Of a DNA stretch of 64,000 bases, positions 39,222 through 48,966 are shown piece by piece. The notes under the pieces are model-generated. The model did not search any database. It worked only from the letters and a program-made list of their open reading frames with translations, and had not been told where the DNA came from. Every line of letters begins with the position of its first letter. The stretch's first letter is position 1. The position numbers and the translations under genes are program-made. This DNA comes from Pseudomonadota bacterium (GTDB lineage: Bacteria > Pseudomonadota > Alphaproteobacteria > Caulobacterales > Caulobacteraceae): contig JAHWJX010000001.1 in assembly GCA_019348195.1 (NCBI GenBank), positions 36,091-100,090 on the forward strand, read 5' to 3'.

Positions 39222-40562
39222 TTAGCGCGACTCGATCGTAGCCGAGTTCCTAAGGTCGCGCATATAACGGCGGGACGCCATCGCCAACTGCTGCTGGAAG
39301 AGGCGATCCTCGACCTGGTCGGGCGTGGGGGCGGCGACGCCGCCGGTCCGCTTGGCGCACACGGCCACGAGGTGCAGCCCGACGGAGGTGCGGATCGGCT
39401 CGCTCACCTGGTTGGGGCTCAAACGCTGGGCGGCTTCGCGGAACTGCGGGTCCAGGTCGCCGATCTCCGCTTCGCCCAGATCGCCCGCGACTACGCCCGG
39501 CACGGCGGCCGCCTTGGCCTCCAGGTCGGTGCAGCTGGTGATCCGACCGCGAAGGCTGGCCAGCTTGGCCCGGGCGGCGGTCACATCGGCCTCGGCGGCC
39601 TGGGTCGGCAGGCGAACAGCGGCCTGTTTCAGATTAACCAGGGTGGCCGAGGCGCCCGCCCGCTTGTCGCGGACCTGGATGATGTAGACGCCGTCCGCGA
39701 CCGGGATGGGCGCGGACAGCTGGCCCGGCTGCAGCTGCTGGACGGCCGCCAGCACCTGCGGGTCCAACTCGCTTTCCTGCAGCCAGCCGGCGTCGCCGCC
39801 GGCGGCCGCCGTGGCCGCCGCGGAGAATTGGCGCGCGACGGCGGGGAAGGGCGCCCCGCCCTGGATCTGGGTGATGAGCTGCTGGGCGCCACCGAGCGCC
39901 TCCGCCTGCCCGCCCACTCGCGAGGCGTCGATGTAGATCTCGTTCAGGCGATAGGATGGACGGCTCGCGGCCTCATTCATGCGCTGCACGGTGGCCGCGA
40001 TCTGCTCGGGCCCGATGCGGACATACTGGCCGTAGCGGCCGCCGATCCATCGCTCCCAGCTAAGGTCGGCGCGGGTGGCGTCGCGCAGGGTCTGGATGTT
40101 CACGCCGGCCTGGGCCAGCGTCGCCGCGAGCTGGTCCACGGTGAGGTTGCTCTGCTTGGCGATGCGGACCAGCGCGGCCTCGACCTGGGCGTCGGTGGCG
40201 ATGAGTTTGCCCGGGATCTTGCGCTCCGTCTCCTGGCGGCGGAGCTCCTGCATTTGCAGCTTCTCGTCCACGAGTCGCTGCAGGGCTTCGCGCTGGAACT
40301 GGCGGAACTGGGCCTCGGTCGGCTGGACCCCCGACTGGATCAACAACAGCAGGAGCCGTTGGCGGAGATCATAGGTCGAGATCAGCTCGTCGTTGACGAC
40401 GGCCGCGATGGTCTCGCCCTGCGCAGGCGGCGCTTCCGGCGCCGGCGCCGCAGGCGCAGGCTCGGCGGGGGCGGCCGCGGCGGGCGGGGGTGTCTGCGCC
40501 GAAACGGGTTGGCTCAGCAGGGCGGCCAGAGCGGCGCCCATGACTATGCGGGATCGCAACAT
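39222..40562 (-). CDS. surA: periplasmic chaperone/peptidyl-prolyl isomerase SurA
   Basis: Signal peptide, SurA N-terminal domain (IAAVVNDELISTYDL), parvulin-type PPIase segment. Located in the conserved lptD-surA-pdxA-rsmA context. Confidence 0.88.
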   Translation of the reverse strand: MLRSRIVMGAALAALLSQPVSAQTPPPAAAAPAEPAPAAPAPEAPPAQGETIAAVVNDELISTYDLRQRLLLLLIQSGVQPTEAQFRQFQREALQRLVDEKLQMQELRRQETERKIPGKLIATDAQVEAALVRIAKQSNLTVDQLAATLAQAGVNIQTLRDATRADLSWERWIGGRYGQYVRIGPEQIAATVQRMNEAASRPSYRLNEIYIDASRVGGQAEALGGAQQLITQIQGGAPFPAVARQFSAAATAAAGGDAGWLQESELDPQVLAAVQQLQPGQLSAPIPVADGVYIIQVRDKRAGASATLVNLKQAAVRLPTQAAEADVTAARAKLASLRGRITSCTDLEAKAAAVPGVVAGDLGEAEIGDLDPQFREAAQRLSPNQVSEPIRTSVGLHLVAVCAKRTGGVAAPTPDQVEDRLFQQQLAMASRRYMRDLRNSATIESR

Positions 40563-40593
40563 TCGGTCTTGTTCCTTGTTGGTCCGGGGCGCA

Positions 40594-43014
40594 TCAGCGA
40601 TCCTCCTGACCCCGTGGAGCAGTATCCCCCAAAGTGGCCAAGATTAGGCGCACCCCGATGCTTTCGTCCGGCCCGAGCCTGGGGTCACGCTCGCCGCGCT
40701 GATAAATGACCTCGAAGCGCAGGCACTCGTCCTGGTAATAGACCCCCGCGTCGCGGCGGCGGAAGATGTACTCGTCCCGCACGGGGTCCCGGCTGGCGTT
40801 GCCGGCGGCCAGCACGCCGATGCGCTTTGTGACCCTGGCGTCCGCGAAGAAGTCGAGCTCGTCGCGCGTGGTGCCTCTATTGTCCAGCACGTCCTTGAGG
40901 TGGGCCACGGCGAAGAAGACGCGCTGGTTGGCGTAGCTGGCCCGCGTCTCCGAGCGCTGCAGCTCCAGCGTGTCCGTGTCCAGGCGCGAGCGGTTGAAGA
41001 AGGACAGGCCGTAACCGGGATTGAGCTGGGCGGCGACCACCCAGTCCGAAGCCTTTTCGCGCAGGCCCACCCGTTCGGGGAAGACGGGGTCCTCCTCCGT
41101 CCGGAAGCTGCGGCCCACCAGCAGGCTCCCGCCCCGGCCGGCGCCGATGTCATAGGTGGCCCGCAGGCCGGCGTTCAGCCGCAGGCCGCCCTCGAACCTG
41201 TCGAAGCCCGGAAACCGGTTCGGCTCGAACAGGTTGGTTTCGTCGAACTCGAAGGAGATGCTGTCCTCGTTGGGCACGGTCTCGTCGCGGTCGCTTTCGT
41301 TGGAGGCGACGAGCTGGGCCATGGGCTCCAGCACGACCGAGCCGGTCCTGAGCGGGCGGATGAAGGGCATGGACAGATCCACGCCCGCCGTGAAGTAGCC
41401 CCGTGTCTTGCCGCCCGAGCCGCCCGTGGCGTCCTCGAAGCTGTAGGCGTCGGCGCGGGCCGTGCTGAAAGGCTCGATCCGCACGCCGCTGGGCAGGGTG
41501 AAGCTGCGACGCCAATCGACTTCGGCCGTGGCGCGCCGGCTGGCCTCCGCTAGGGCGTCGAAGCGCTCGGTCCGGGGACGGCCCTCGCTGCGCTGAAGCG
41601 CGACCGCCGAACCCCGCGCCCGCAGGCGGCCGCCGAGGACGGGATCTTCCGGTTCGTATCGCGCCTCCACCAGGGGCGCCACGAGCGGGAAGAATTCGTT
41701 GCGGTCTTCGAAGCGCAAACCCTGGAAGGAGAGCACGGCGGCCGAGACGTAGCTGCGCTCGGTCTGGTGCTGGGTGTAGAGCTGCGACAGCAGGCGGCGA
41801 TTGTCCGGCTCATACAGACCCCGCGTCTCATAGACGTCGTCGATGCTGTATTTGTCGAAGATCAGGTCGTCGGAGGTGCGTTCCGCCGAGAAGCCCCAGC
41901 GCCACTGGGGGGTGAAGCTGAAAGCGCCGCGCGCGAGTATGTAGCTGCGATGCGTAAGGTCGCTGAAGTCGGGCCTACCGTCGCCGTTGAAGTCCCGGCT
42001 TCCGTCGAAGCGGCCCTCATCGTTGAAGTCGCGCTCATAGGTGTAGCCCAAGCGGACGTCGATCGCGCCGGAGTAGAAACGCTGCCGATACTGCAAGTTC
42101 AGGAACGGGTTCACCGCCGTGTTGATCTGGGGGCTGACCACCACGTCCGCCGAGGGCGAAATCACATAAACGTACGGCTGTTCGTAGGTGAAGCCGCGCC
42201 GGTCGGAGATGTTGAACTCGGGCGCGAGAAAGCCCGAGGCGCGCACCGCCTGCGGATCCGGGTGCGCGAAGTAGGGGGCGTAAAGCACGGGAACGCCGGC
42301 GATCTGCAGCGCGGCGTTGCGGTAGAAGATCGCCTGGAGATCGCGGTTCTGGGTGATGCGTTCGGCTCGGACCGAGAAGGTCGGCGTCTTGTTGCGCCCG
42401 TTGTCGGTGCACAGGTTGCAGGGCGTGTAGACGGCGCGGTTGAGCTCGGTGATCGACGGGCTGCGCCGCACGGCGGAGGCGGCCGCGATCTTGGCGTTCG
42501 TGCCGCCCCGGGGGCTCGGCAGGCGGGTGGCGAAGCCCAGGGCCACGCCGGCCGAGAAATCCTCGTCCAGCTGGACCTCGTCGGCGTACTGGACCGAGCC
42601 GTCCTGGTTGATGTTCCGGGCGTCGCCCCGCGCGGTCACCACCCGGGTGCGAGTGTCGTAAACCACCTCATTGGCTCGAACGGTGCGGCCCTGGTAGCGC
42701 GCCTCGACCGCCCCCGTGGCGGTGCGCACGCCGTTGTCGTCGATTACTTGGTCGGCTTCGAGGTAGATCCCGTTCGGACCCAGGCCGTCGTCCCCCTCCG
42801 CGCCTTCAGGCGTCGTGGTGGTGAGCGGCGGGACCTCGCGGCAGAGCACGTTCTGGCAAGCGGAACCGCCTCCCGGCTCCGGCGGCAGAACCCGGAACTT
42901 GGAGAAGTCCTGGGCCCGGGCTTCGGTGGCGCCCACGCCGGCCAGCATGGCGAAGGCCGCCGCGCCGGAGAAGAAGCGCAGCTTGCCGTGTGCGGGCGGC
43001 GGACCGTGACGCAT
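40594..43014 (-). CDS. lptD: LPS-assembly protein LptD
   Basis: Signal peptide MRHGPPPAHGKLRFFSGAAAFAMLAGVGATEARA, OstA-like N-terminal domain, large beta-barrel. The alternative start at 43068 overlaps lptG. Confidence 0.9.
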   Translation of the reverse strand: MRHGPPPAHGKLRFFSGAAAFAMLAGVGATEARAQDFSKFRVLPPEPGGGSACQNVLCREVPPLTTTTPEGAEGDDGLGPNGIYLEADQVIDDNGVRTATGAVEARYQGRTVRANEVVYDTRTRVVTARGDARNINQDGSVQYADEVQLDEDFSAGVALGFATRLPSPRGGTNAKIAAASAVRRSPSITELNRAVYTPCNLCTDNGRNKTPTFSVRAERITQNRDLQAIFYRNAALQIAGVPVLYAPYFAHPDPQAVRASGFLAPEFNISDRRGFTYEQPYVYVISPSADVVVSPQINTAVNPFLNLQYRQRFYSGAIDVRLGYTYERDFNDEGRFDGSRDFNGDGRPDFSDLTHRSYILARGAFSFTPQWRWGFSAERTSDDLIFDKYSIDDVYETRGLYEPDNRRLLSQLYTQHQTERSYVSAAVLSFQGLRFEDRNEFFPLVAPLVEARYEPEDPVLGGRLRARGSAVALQRSEGRPRTERFDALAEASRRATAEVDWRRSFTLPSGVRIEPFSTARADAYSFEDATGGSGGKTRGYFTAGVDLSMPFIRPLRTGSVVLEPMAQLVASNESDRDETVPNEDSISFEFDETNLFEPNRFPGFDRFEGGLRLNAGLRATYDIGAGRGGSLLVGRSFRTEEDPVFPERVGLREKASDWVVAAQLNPGYGLSFFNRSRLDTDTLELQRSETRASYANQRVFFAVAHLKDVLDNRGTTRDELDFFADARVTKRIGVLAAGNASRDPVRDEYIFRRRDAGVYYQDECLRFEVIYQRGERDPRLGPDESIGVRLILATLGDTAPRGQEDR

Positions 43015-43060
43015 TGGGTCTCCTGATCGGGGGTGCGGACTCACGGCCCGGCGCGCGGGC

Positions 43061-44143
43061 CTAACCATCTTCGGTGAAGGCCAGCAGGGTCAAGCCGGCC
43101 AGCATGGCCAGCACGGGCGAGGCCCAGGCCGCGGCCGCGGGCGGCAGCAGTTCGGCCGAGCCCATGGCGCTCAGCAGCTCGTTGGCGAAGAACAGGATGA
43201 ACCCCAGCGCCACCGCCGCTCCCGCCAGCCCGGCCAGTCCCCCCAGCCGGAGGAGGCGCAGGGAGAATCCTGCCGCAAGGATCGACATGGCGGCGTAGAG
43301 CAGGGGCGAGGCCAGTAGCTGATGCCAGCGCAGCCGGTACTTGAGGGAGGACAGGCCCGCCTCCTCCGTCCGCTCCACCCGGTGCGGGAGCTCCCAGAAG
43401 GAGACCACATTGGGTTTGGCGAACCGCTCCAGAACCGCGCGGGAGTCCAGGGTGCTGGGGATGGACAGTGCGGGCGCGGCGACCGCGGGCTGTCCGGGGT
43501 TGCCGATGCGCACCTTGGCGAGCCGCCAGGCGCCCCCGGCCAGGGTGGCGCGTTCGGCGTCGATGCGGCGGACGAAGATCAGCCCGCCGTCGTCGTCCTT
43601 GAAATAGAACCGGACGGTCACGCCGGTGAGCTCGGTTCCCAGTTCATTGCGGTCGTTGGAGTGGAACAGGACCTGGCTGCGACCGCCCCCCTGAGCCAGC
43701 CAGACCTCGTCGGGCTGGCTGCCGTCCTCGCCCTCCAGCACTGCCCGAGCGTCCTCGAACCGCCGGTTCAGCTGGGTGGCGAGCGGGTTCACCGCCGCGA
43801 CCATCAAGCCGCCGATGAGAAAGGCCGCAAGCGCGGCGGGCATGATGAACCGCCAGGCGGACACGCCCGCCGCGCGCATGGCGATCAGCTCGCTCTTGCG
43901 GTTCAGCCCGGTAAAGGCCGCCAGCACGCCGAACAGGAATACGAAGGGGAGAACCTGGAGGATGATCAGGGGCGAACGCAACAGGGTCAGCCCGATCAAA
44001 TCCACCACGCTGAGCCCGACGTCGCCGAGGTTGCGGCCCAGCTCGACTACGTCGATCAGGACGATGATGGAGGTGATCACCAGCAGCGCCACCGCAACCG
44101 AGCTCAGGGTTCGGGCCAGCACATATCGTTCCAACCGTTTCAT
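43061..44143 (-). CDS. lptG: LPS export ABC permease LptG
   Basis: YjgP/YjgQ family: 360 aa, TM-periplasmic domain-TM architecture. Follows lptF with an ATGA overlap. Confidence 0.88.
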   Translation of the reverse strand: MKRLERYVLARTLSSVAVALLVITSIIVLIDVVELGRNLGDVGLSVVDLIGLTLLRSPLIILQVLPFVFLFGVLAAFTGLNRKSELIAMRAAGVSAWRFIMPAALAAFLIGGLMVAAVNPLATQLNRRFEDARAVLEGEDGSQPDEVWLAQGGGRSQVLFHSNDRNELGTELTGVTVRFYFKDDDGGLIFVRRIDAERATLAGGAWRLAKVRIGNPGQPAVAAPALSIPSTLDSRAVLERFAKPNVVSFWELPHRVERTEEAGLSSLKYRLRWHQLLASPLLYAAMSILAAGFSLRLLRLGGLAGLAGAAVALGFILFFANELLSAMGSAELLPPAAAAWASPVLAMLAGLTLLAFTEDG

Positions 44144-45297
44144 CGCGCAGGCGCTCCGGCAAGGGCCAGCGGCGTGGGCTCGGCCCGCCGGCGCCCGGCT
44201 ATCTCGCCGGAAGCGCGCCGCCGGAACAGATCGGCGTAGGCAAGATAGGCCAGGCCCAGCGGGATGGCGTACTGAAGCAAATTCAGCGCCGGGTTCTCTT
44301 CGGACGCCGCCTGGGCGCCGAAGGCGATCACCCGCGCCGCCCCGGCCAGGGCGGAGGCGTAGATGATGCGTCGACCGTAGCCCAACCGGCTGAACTGGCC
44401 GCCGATCACGGCCGACAGCGCAAGCATCAGGAAGGTGAAGCAGTACAGGGGGGTGGCCAGGCGTGCGTTGGCCTCGGCCAGCATCTTGGTCCGGTTGTCC
44501 TGCTCCCAGCGCTGCCGCATGTCCGGGAAGACGAGCTCGTGCAGATAGCGGTCAGAGATCTTGTAGAAGAGCTGATCGGTGGTGTTCACGAAGGGCTTGA
44601 GGTCGAACACGTTCTCGTCGAACACCAGGAAGGTCAGGGTTCCGAACTCGTCATACTCCTCGCTGGACCCGTTGTTCATCAGCAGGGCGGGGGCTTGGTC
44701 CCGGGTGATGATCCGGCCTTCCTTGGCGGCGAAGGTGCGCGGCCCGTCCACGGGCCGGTCTTCATGGATGAAGACGTTGATCAGCCGCCCGTCGCGTTCG
44801 ACCCGCTGGGCGTAAACCGTGAGGTTGGGCGCGGGTTTGTTGAACTCGCCTTCCCGGACCAGGGTCGCGGTCAGGTCCGTGCGGATGGAGAAGAGCTCGG
44901 CGCGGACCTGCCGGGCGGCCCAGGGCGTGGCGAACAGGTTCAGCGCCAGGACGACCAGGGCGGCGATGGCGGCCAGGCGGATGAAGGGGGAGATGACGCG
45001 CCAGCGGCTCATGCCGCTGGCGAAACAGACCACGATCTCCTGTTCCGTATGCAGCCGGTTCAGCCGGACCAGCGCGGCCACGAACAGCGAGATGGGCAGG
45101 ATGAGCGCCAGCAGCCCCGGCAGGGCCAGGGCCGTGATGCGCCCGAACACAGCCGCGCTCTGCCCATACTCCACGATGAGTTCGAGCCGGCCCAGGCTGG
45201 TGCTGAGGATGGCGACGCCGGCCAGGGCGGCGACGGCCGCCAGGGTGGGGCCGAGCAGCTGCCGGAAAAGATAGCGCTCGATCAGTTTCATCGACAC
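44140..45297 (-). CDS. lptF: LPS export ABC permease LptF
   Basis: YjgP/YjgQ family (LIERYLFRQLLGP). Divergent from pepA, as in many proteobacteria. Confidence 0.88.
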   Translation of the reverse strand: MSMKLIERYLFRQLLGPTLAAVAALAGVAILSTSLGRLELIVEYGQSAAVFGRITALALPGLLALILPISLFVAALVRLNRLHTEQEIVVCFASGMSRWRVISPFIRLAAIAALVVLALNLFATPWAARQVRAELFSIRTDLTATLVREGEFNKPAPNLTVYAQRVERDGRLINVFIHEDRPVDGPRTFAAKEGRIITRDQAPALLMNNGSSEEYDEFGTLTFLVFDENVFDLKPFVNTTDQLFYKISDRYLHELVFPDMRQRWEQDNRTKMLAEANARLATPLYCFTFLMLALSAVIGGQFSRLGYGRRIIYASALAGAARVIAFGAQAASEENPALNLLQYAIPLGLAYLAYADLFRRRASGEIAGRRRAEPTPLALAGAPAR

Positions 45298-45427
45298 AGA
45301 GGTTGCGGTTGCGGCCCCCCGCGTCGCGGCCCATCATCTAGACGGCTTCGGGCGCCGGCGCCACACAGGTGCGCGCTTCGTCGCGGCCGCCCCGCCTATT
45401 CTTCGCCGCTTGTTGCAGGAGTGCTGC

Positions 45428-46906
45428 ATGGACCTCGCCTTCGTCTCCGCCCCCCAGAGCGCATCGGGGCCCGATGCAATCCGGGCGGTGCTCGCCTTTG
45501 ACGGCGGCGCGCTGTCGCCGGCGGCTGACGCGCTGGGCGGGGTTGCGGAGGCCTTGGCGCGGGCGTTCCGGTTCACGGGCGCCAAGGGGCAGACTCTGGA
45601 TCTGCCGGTCGGGGCGGGGGAGGGTCGCGTCCTGGTGGTCGGCGCGGGCGCCCGGGACGCCTTTGGTCCGGCCGAGGCGGAGGCCGCCGCGGGCTACGCC
45701 TTCAACGCGGCCAAGAGCACGGGCGCCCGGACGCTGGTTCTCGATCTCCGCGGACTGTCGCGGGAGCTCGCCGCCCGCGCCGCCTTGGGCGCTGAGCTCG
45801 CGAGCTATCGGTTCGATCGCTATCTCACGCGGGAGAAGCCGGAGAAGAAGCCGTCCGTCACACGCGTGGAGATCGTCGCGGACGACGCCGCTGGGGCGGA
45901 GCAGGCAGCCGCGAACCTCCAGGCCTTGGCCGCAGGCGTCAGGTTCACGCGGGATCTCGTGTCGGAGCCCGCCAACATCCTTTTTCCCGCCGAATTCGCG
46001 CGGCGCGTTCAGGCCATCGCCATTCCCGGCCTGGAGGTCGAGGTGCTGGGCGAGGCGCAGATGGCCGAACTGGGAATGGGCGCCTTGCTGGCGGTGGGGC
46101 AGGGCAGCCGGCGCGAAAGCCAGTTGGTGGTCATGCGCTGGAACGGCGCGGACGACGCAACCGCCCAGCCGATCGCCTTTGTGGGTAAGGGCGTGTGCTT
46201 CGACACGGGCGGCATCTCCATCAAACCCGCCGCGGGCATGGAGGATATGAAATGGGACATGGGGGGCGCGGGCGTTGTCGCCGGCCTCATGCACGCGCTG
46301 GCCGGCCGCAAGGCCAAGGTGAACGCGGTGGGGATCCTGGGCCTGGTCGAGAACATGCCGGACGGGAACGCCACGCGCCCGGGCGACATCGTGACCTCCA
46401 TGTCGGGCCAGACCATCGAGGTGCTGAACACCGACGCCGAAGGCCGGCTCGTGCTGGCCGACGCGCTCTGGTACTGCCAGGACCGGTTCAAGCCACGCTT
46501 CATCGTGGACCTGGCCACGCTCACGGGCGCAATCATCATCTCGCTCGGCGCCGACCTGGCCGGACTGTTCAGCAACGACGACGCTCTTGCGGGCGATCTG
46601 CTGGCCGCTTCCGCCGCAGAGGGTGAGCAGATCTGGCGCATGCCGATGCCGCCCGCTTACGACAAGCAGATCGACAGCCCCGCGGCGGACATCAAGAACA
46701 TCGCGGCGCCGGGTGCGGGCGGGGGCTCGATCCTGGCCGCGTTGTTTCTGCAGCGCTTCATCGGAGAGGGCCTGCCTTGGGCGCACCTGGACATCGCCGG
46801 CGTCACCTGGCGCAAGAAGAGCGACCATCCCAGCTACCCCGAAGGCGCTTCCGGCTTCGGGGTACGTCTGCTGAACCGGCTGGTGGCGGACAGGTTCGAA
46901 GCGTGA
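45428..46906 (+). CDS. pepA: leucyl aminopeptidase (M17)
   Basis: VGKGVCFDTGGISIKP, NTDAEGRLVLADAL. The alternative start at 45410 adds 6 aa. Confidence 0.94.
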   Translation: MDLAFVSAPQSASGPDAIRAVLAFDGGALSPAADALGGVAEALARAFRFTGAKGQTLDLPVGAGEGRVLVVGAGARDAFGPAEAEAAAGYAFNAAKSTGARTLVLDLRGLSRELAARAALGAELASYRFDRYLTREKPEKKPSVTRVEIVADDAAGAEQAAANLQALAAGVRFTRDLVSEPANILFPAEFARRVQAIAIPGLEVEVLGEAQMAELGMGALLAVGQGSRRESQLVVMRWNGADDATAQPIAFVGKGVCFDTGGISIKPAAGMEDMKWDMGGAGVVAGLMHALAGRKAKVNAVGILGLVENMPDGNATRPGDIVTSMSGQTIEVLNTDAEGRLVLADALWYCQDRFKPRFIVDLATLTGAIIISLGADLAGLFSNDDALAGDLLAASAAEGEQIWRMPMPPAYDKQIDSPAADIKNIAAPGAGGGSILAALFLQRFIGEGLPWAHLDIAGVTWRKKSDHPSYPEGASGFGVRLLNRLVADRFEA

Positions 46907-47032
46907 TCCCACCACCCGCTCTCCCCGGCGGAAGCCGGGGCCCATGCTTGCGGCAGGCGCGTACTCGGCCGGCGTTCTTGCGGTCGCGACTTTGGGCGCG
47001 GCCCCTCGCCGGGAGCGGGAACAAGGAGGCGG

Positions 47033-47503
47033 GTGCAGCGCCTCCCACCCGCCGTGTCTGAGGTCTGGTTCTACCACCTGGAGCGCACCGCGCTGGAGCA
47101 GGCCCTGCCGGAGCTCCTGGAGAAGACGCTCAGCCGTGGATGGCGGGCGCTGGTGCGTTGTCGCACGCTGGAGCGCGCCGCCGATCTGGACCAGGCGCTG
47201 TGGACCTATCGCGACGACAGCTTCCTGCCCCACGGGCTGGAAGGCGAGCCGGGGGCGGAGCGGCAGCCCGTGCTCGTCTCGGCCGGCGGGGGCAACCCGA
47301 ACGCCGCCCAGGCGCTTTTCCTGATCGACGACGCCGAACCGGGGCCGCTCGAGGATTATGCCCGCACGGTGGTCTTCATCGATGGTCGGGACGAGGCGGC
47401 CGTTGTCGCGGGCCGGGCGCGCTGGACCTCGCTGAAGGGCGCCGGGGCGGCCGTTTCGTATTGGAAGCAAAAGCCCGAAGGCGGGTGGGAGAAGCGTGCA
47501 TGA
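47033..47503 (+). CDS. holC: DNA polymerase III chi subunit
   Basis: VWFYHLERTALEQALPELLEKTLSRGWRALV. GTG 47033 lies 3 nt after aaggagg. In-frame GTG 47054 is an alternative start. Confidence 0.85.
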   Translation: MQRLPPAVSEVWFYHLERTALEQALPELLEKTLSRGWRALVRCRTLERAADLDQALWTYRDDSFLPHGLEGEPGAERQPVLVSAGGGNPNAAQALFLIDDAEPGPLEDYARTVVFIDGRDEAAVVAGRARWTSLKGAGAAVSYWKQKPEGGWEKRA

Positions 47504-47877
47504 AGCGAACCCTGGTTCTGATCGGTCTGGCCGCCTTGGCCGCCTGCGCCCCGTCCTCGCGGCAGGAAGCCGCCCGCCCCCCTCAGCCGGTCGCCATTCA
47601 GCCGGCCCCGGCCCGCTATGACACGCCCACGCCCTATGTGACGCCCCGGCAGTCGTCCCAGCCCAAGCCTCCGGCCACGGCGGCCGACGCCTGCGGGGCG
47701 GCGGCCCATACCTATTTGGTCGGCAAGAACCGCTCGGAGATCCCCGTGCCCGTTGATCCGTCCAACCGCCGGGTCCACTGCAGCACCTGCCCCGTGACGC
47801 AGGACTTCAACCCGCGTCGGCTGAACATCGTCTACGACGCCGACAGCGGAAGGGTGACCCAGGTCCAATGCGGCTGA
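47500..47877 (+). CDS. lipoprotein, peptidase inhibitor I78 family
   Basis: Lipobox LAALAACA. C-terminal domain CGAAAHTYLVGKNRSEI..RRVHCSTCPVTQDFNPRRLNIVYDADSGRVTQVQCG. The ATG overlaps the holC stop (ATGA). Confidence 0.8.
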   Translation: MKRTLVLIGLAALAACAPSSRQEAARPPQPVAIQPAPARYDTPTPYVTPRQSSQPKPPATAADACGAAAHTYLVGKNRSEIPVPVDPSNRRVHCSTCPVTQDFNPRRLNIVYDADSGRVTQVQCG

Positions 47878-47942
47878 GTTTGCGCGGCGGCGCGACCTCT
47901 CTATAAGCGCGCTCCCTCCCGACATTCTCCCTTGTGAGCACC

Positions 47943-48365
47943 ATGGCCACCGAGCGCACCTTTTCGATCCTGAAACCCGACGCCACCCGGCGCAACCTCA
48001 CCGGCGCGATCAACGCCGTGATCGAGAAGGCCGGCTTGCGCATCGTGGGCCAGCGCCGAATCCGCATGAGCCGCGAGCAGGCCGAGCAGTTCTACGGCGT
48101 CCACCGCGAGCGCCCCTTCTTCGGCGAGCTGGTCGAGTTCATGACGTCTGGCCCGGTCGTGGTGCAGGTGCTGGAAGGCGAAGGCGCCGTCGCGCGCTAC
48201 CGCGAGGTGATGGGCGCCACCAACCCGGCCCAGGCCGAGGAAGGCACCATCCGCAAGCTGTTCGCCCGCTCCGTGGGCGAGAACACGGTGCACGGCTCCG
48301 ACAGCGCCGAGAACGCCCAGATGGAGATCGCCCAGTTCTTCACAGACGATCAGATCGTCGGCTGA
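47943..48365 (+). CDS. ndk: nucleoside diphosphate kinase
   Basis: [22 protein letters not shown]. An alternative start 9 nt upstream is possible. Confidence 0.96.
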   Translation: MATERTFSILKPDATRRNLTGAINAVIEKAGLRIVGQRRIRMSREQAEQFYGVHRERPFFGELVEFMTSGPVVVQVLEGEGAVARYREVMGATNPAQAEEGTIRKLFARSVGENTVHGSDSAENAQMEIAQFFTDDQIVG

Positions 48366-48966
48366 CGAACTCGGCCAAGGCCGCCGGATAAAGCGCGTGC
48401 TCGGCCTCGAGCACGCGGGCAGCCAGGCTCTCCTCCGTATCCCCCGGCAGCACGGGAACGCGGGCCTGGGCCAGCACCGGGCCTTCGTCCACCCCTTCGG
48501 TGACCAGATGCACGGAGCAGCCCGCCTCCGCGTCGCCGGCCTCCAGGGCGCGCCGGTGGGTGTGCAGGCCGGGGTAGAGCGGCAGCAGGCTGGGGTGGAT
48601 GTTCAGGATCCGCCCCCGCCAGGCCTCGATAAAGGCCGGCGACAACAGGCGCATGTAGCCGGCTAGAGCCACCACTTCCACGCCGGCGCCCTGCAGGGCG
48701 GCCGTGAGATCCGCCTCGTGGGAGGCCTTGTCCCGGCCGCGATGGTCGATGGCCCGAGCCTCGATCCCGGCCGCTCGCGCCGTCCCCAGCCCGGGGGCGG
48801 CGGGATTGTTCGACAGGACCAGGACCACTTCGGCCGGATAGCCGGGGTCGCGCGCGGCCTCCAGCAGGGCCGCCATGTTGGAACCCCGCCCGCTGATCAG
48901 CACTCCGACCCGGGCGTGCTTCAATCTCCGAACCCGCTCATGCGGGGGAGAGTTCGCCGCAGACAA
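48340..48966 (-). CDS. purN: phosphoribosylglycinamide formyltransferase
   Basis: [32 protein letters not shown]. The TTG start at 48966 overlaps purM. In-frame TTG 48924 ([12 protein letters not shown]) is a plausible alternative. Confidence 0.9.
   Translation of the reverse strand: MSAANSPPHERVRRLKHARVGVLISGRGSNMAALLEAARDPGYPAEVVLVLSNNPAAPGLGTARAAGIEARAIDHRGRDKASHEADLTAALQGAGVEVVALAGYMRLLSPAFIEAWRGRILNIHPSLLPLYPGLHTHRRALEAGDAEAGCSVHLVTEGVDEGPVLAQARVPVLPGDTEESLAARVLEAEHALYPAALAEFVSRRSDRL

Noticed and set aside
38292-40709. 805-aa ORF on the plus strand
   Set aside because: It is antisense to pdxA and surA, with low-complexity Gly/Arg/Asp/Leu-rich composition and no family motifs.
45338-47470. 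710-aa ORF on the minus strand
   Set aside because: It is antisense to pepA and holC, with the same GC-driven artefact pattern.
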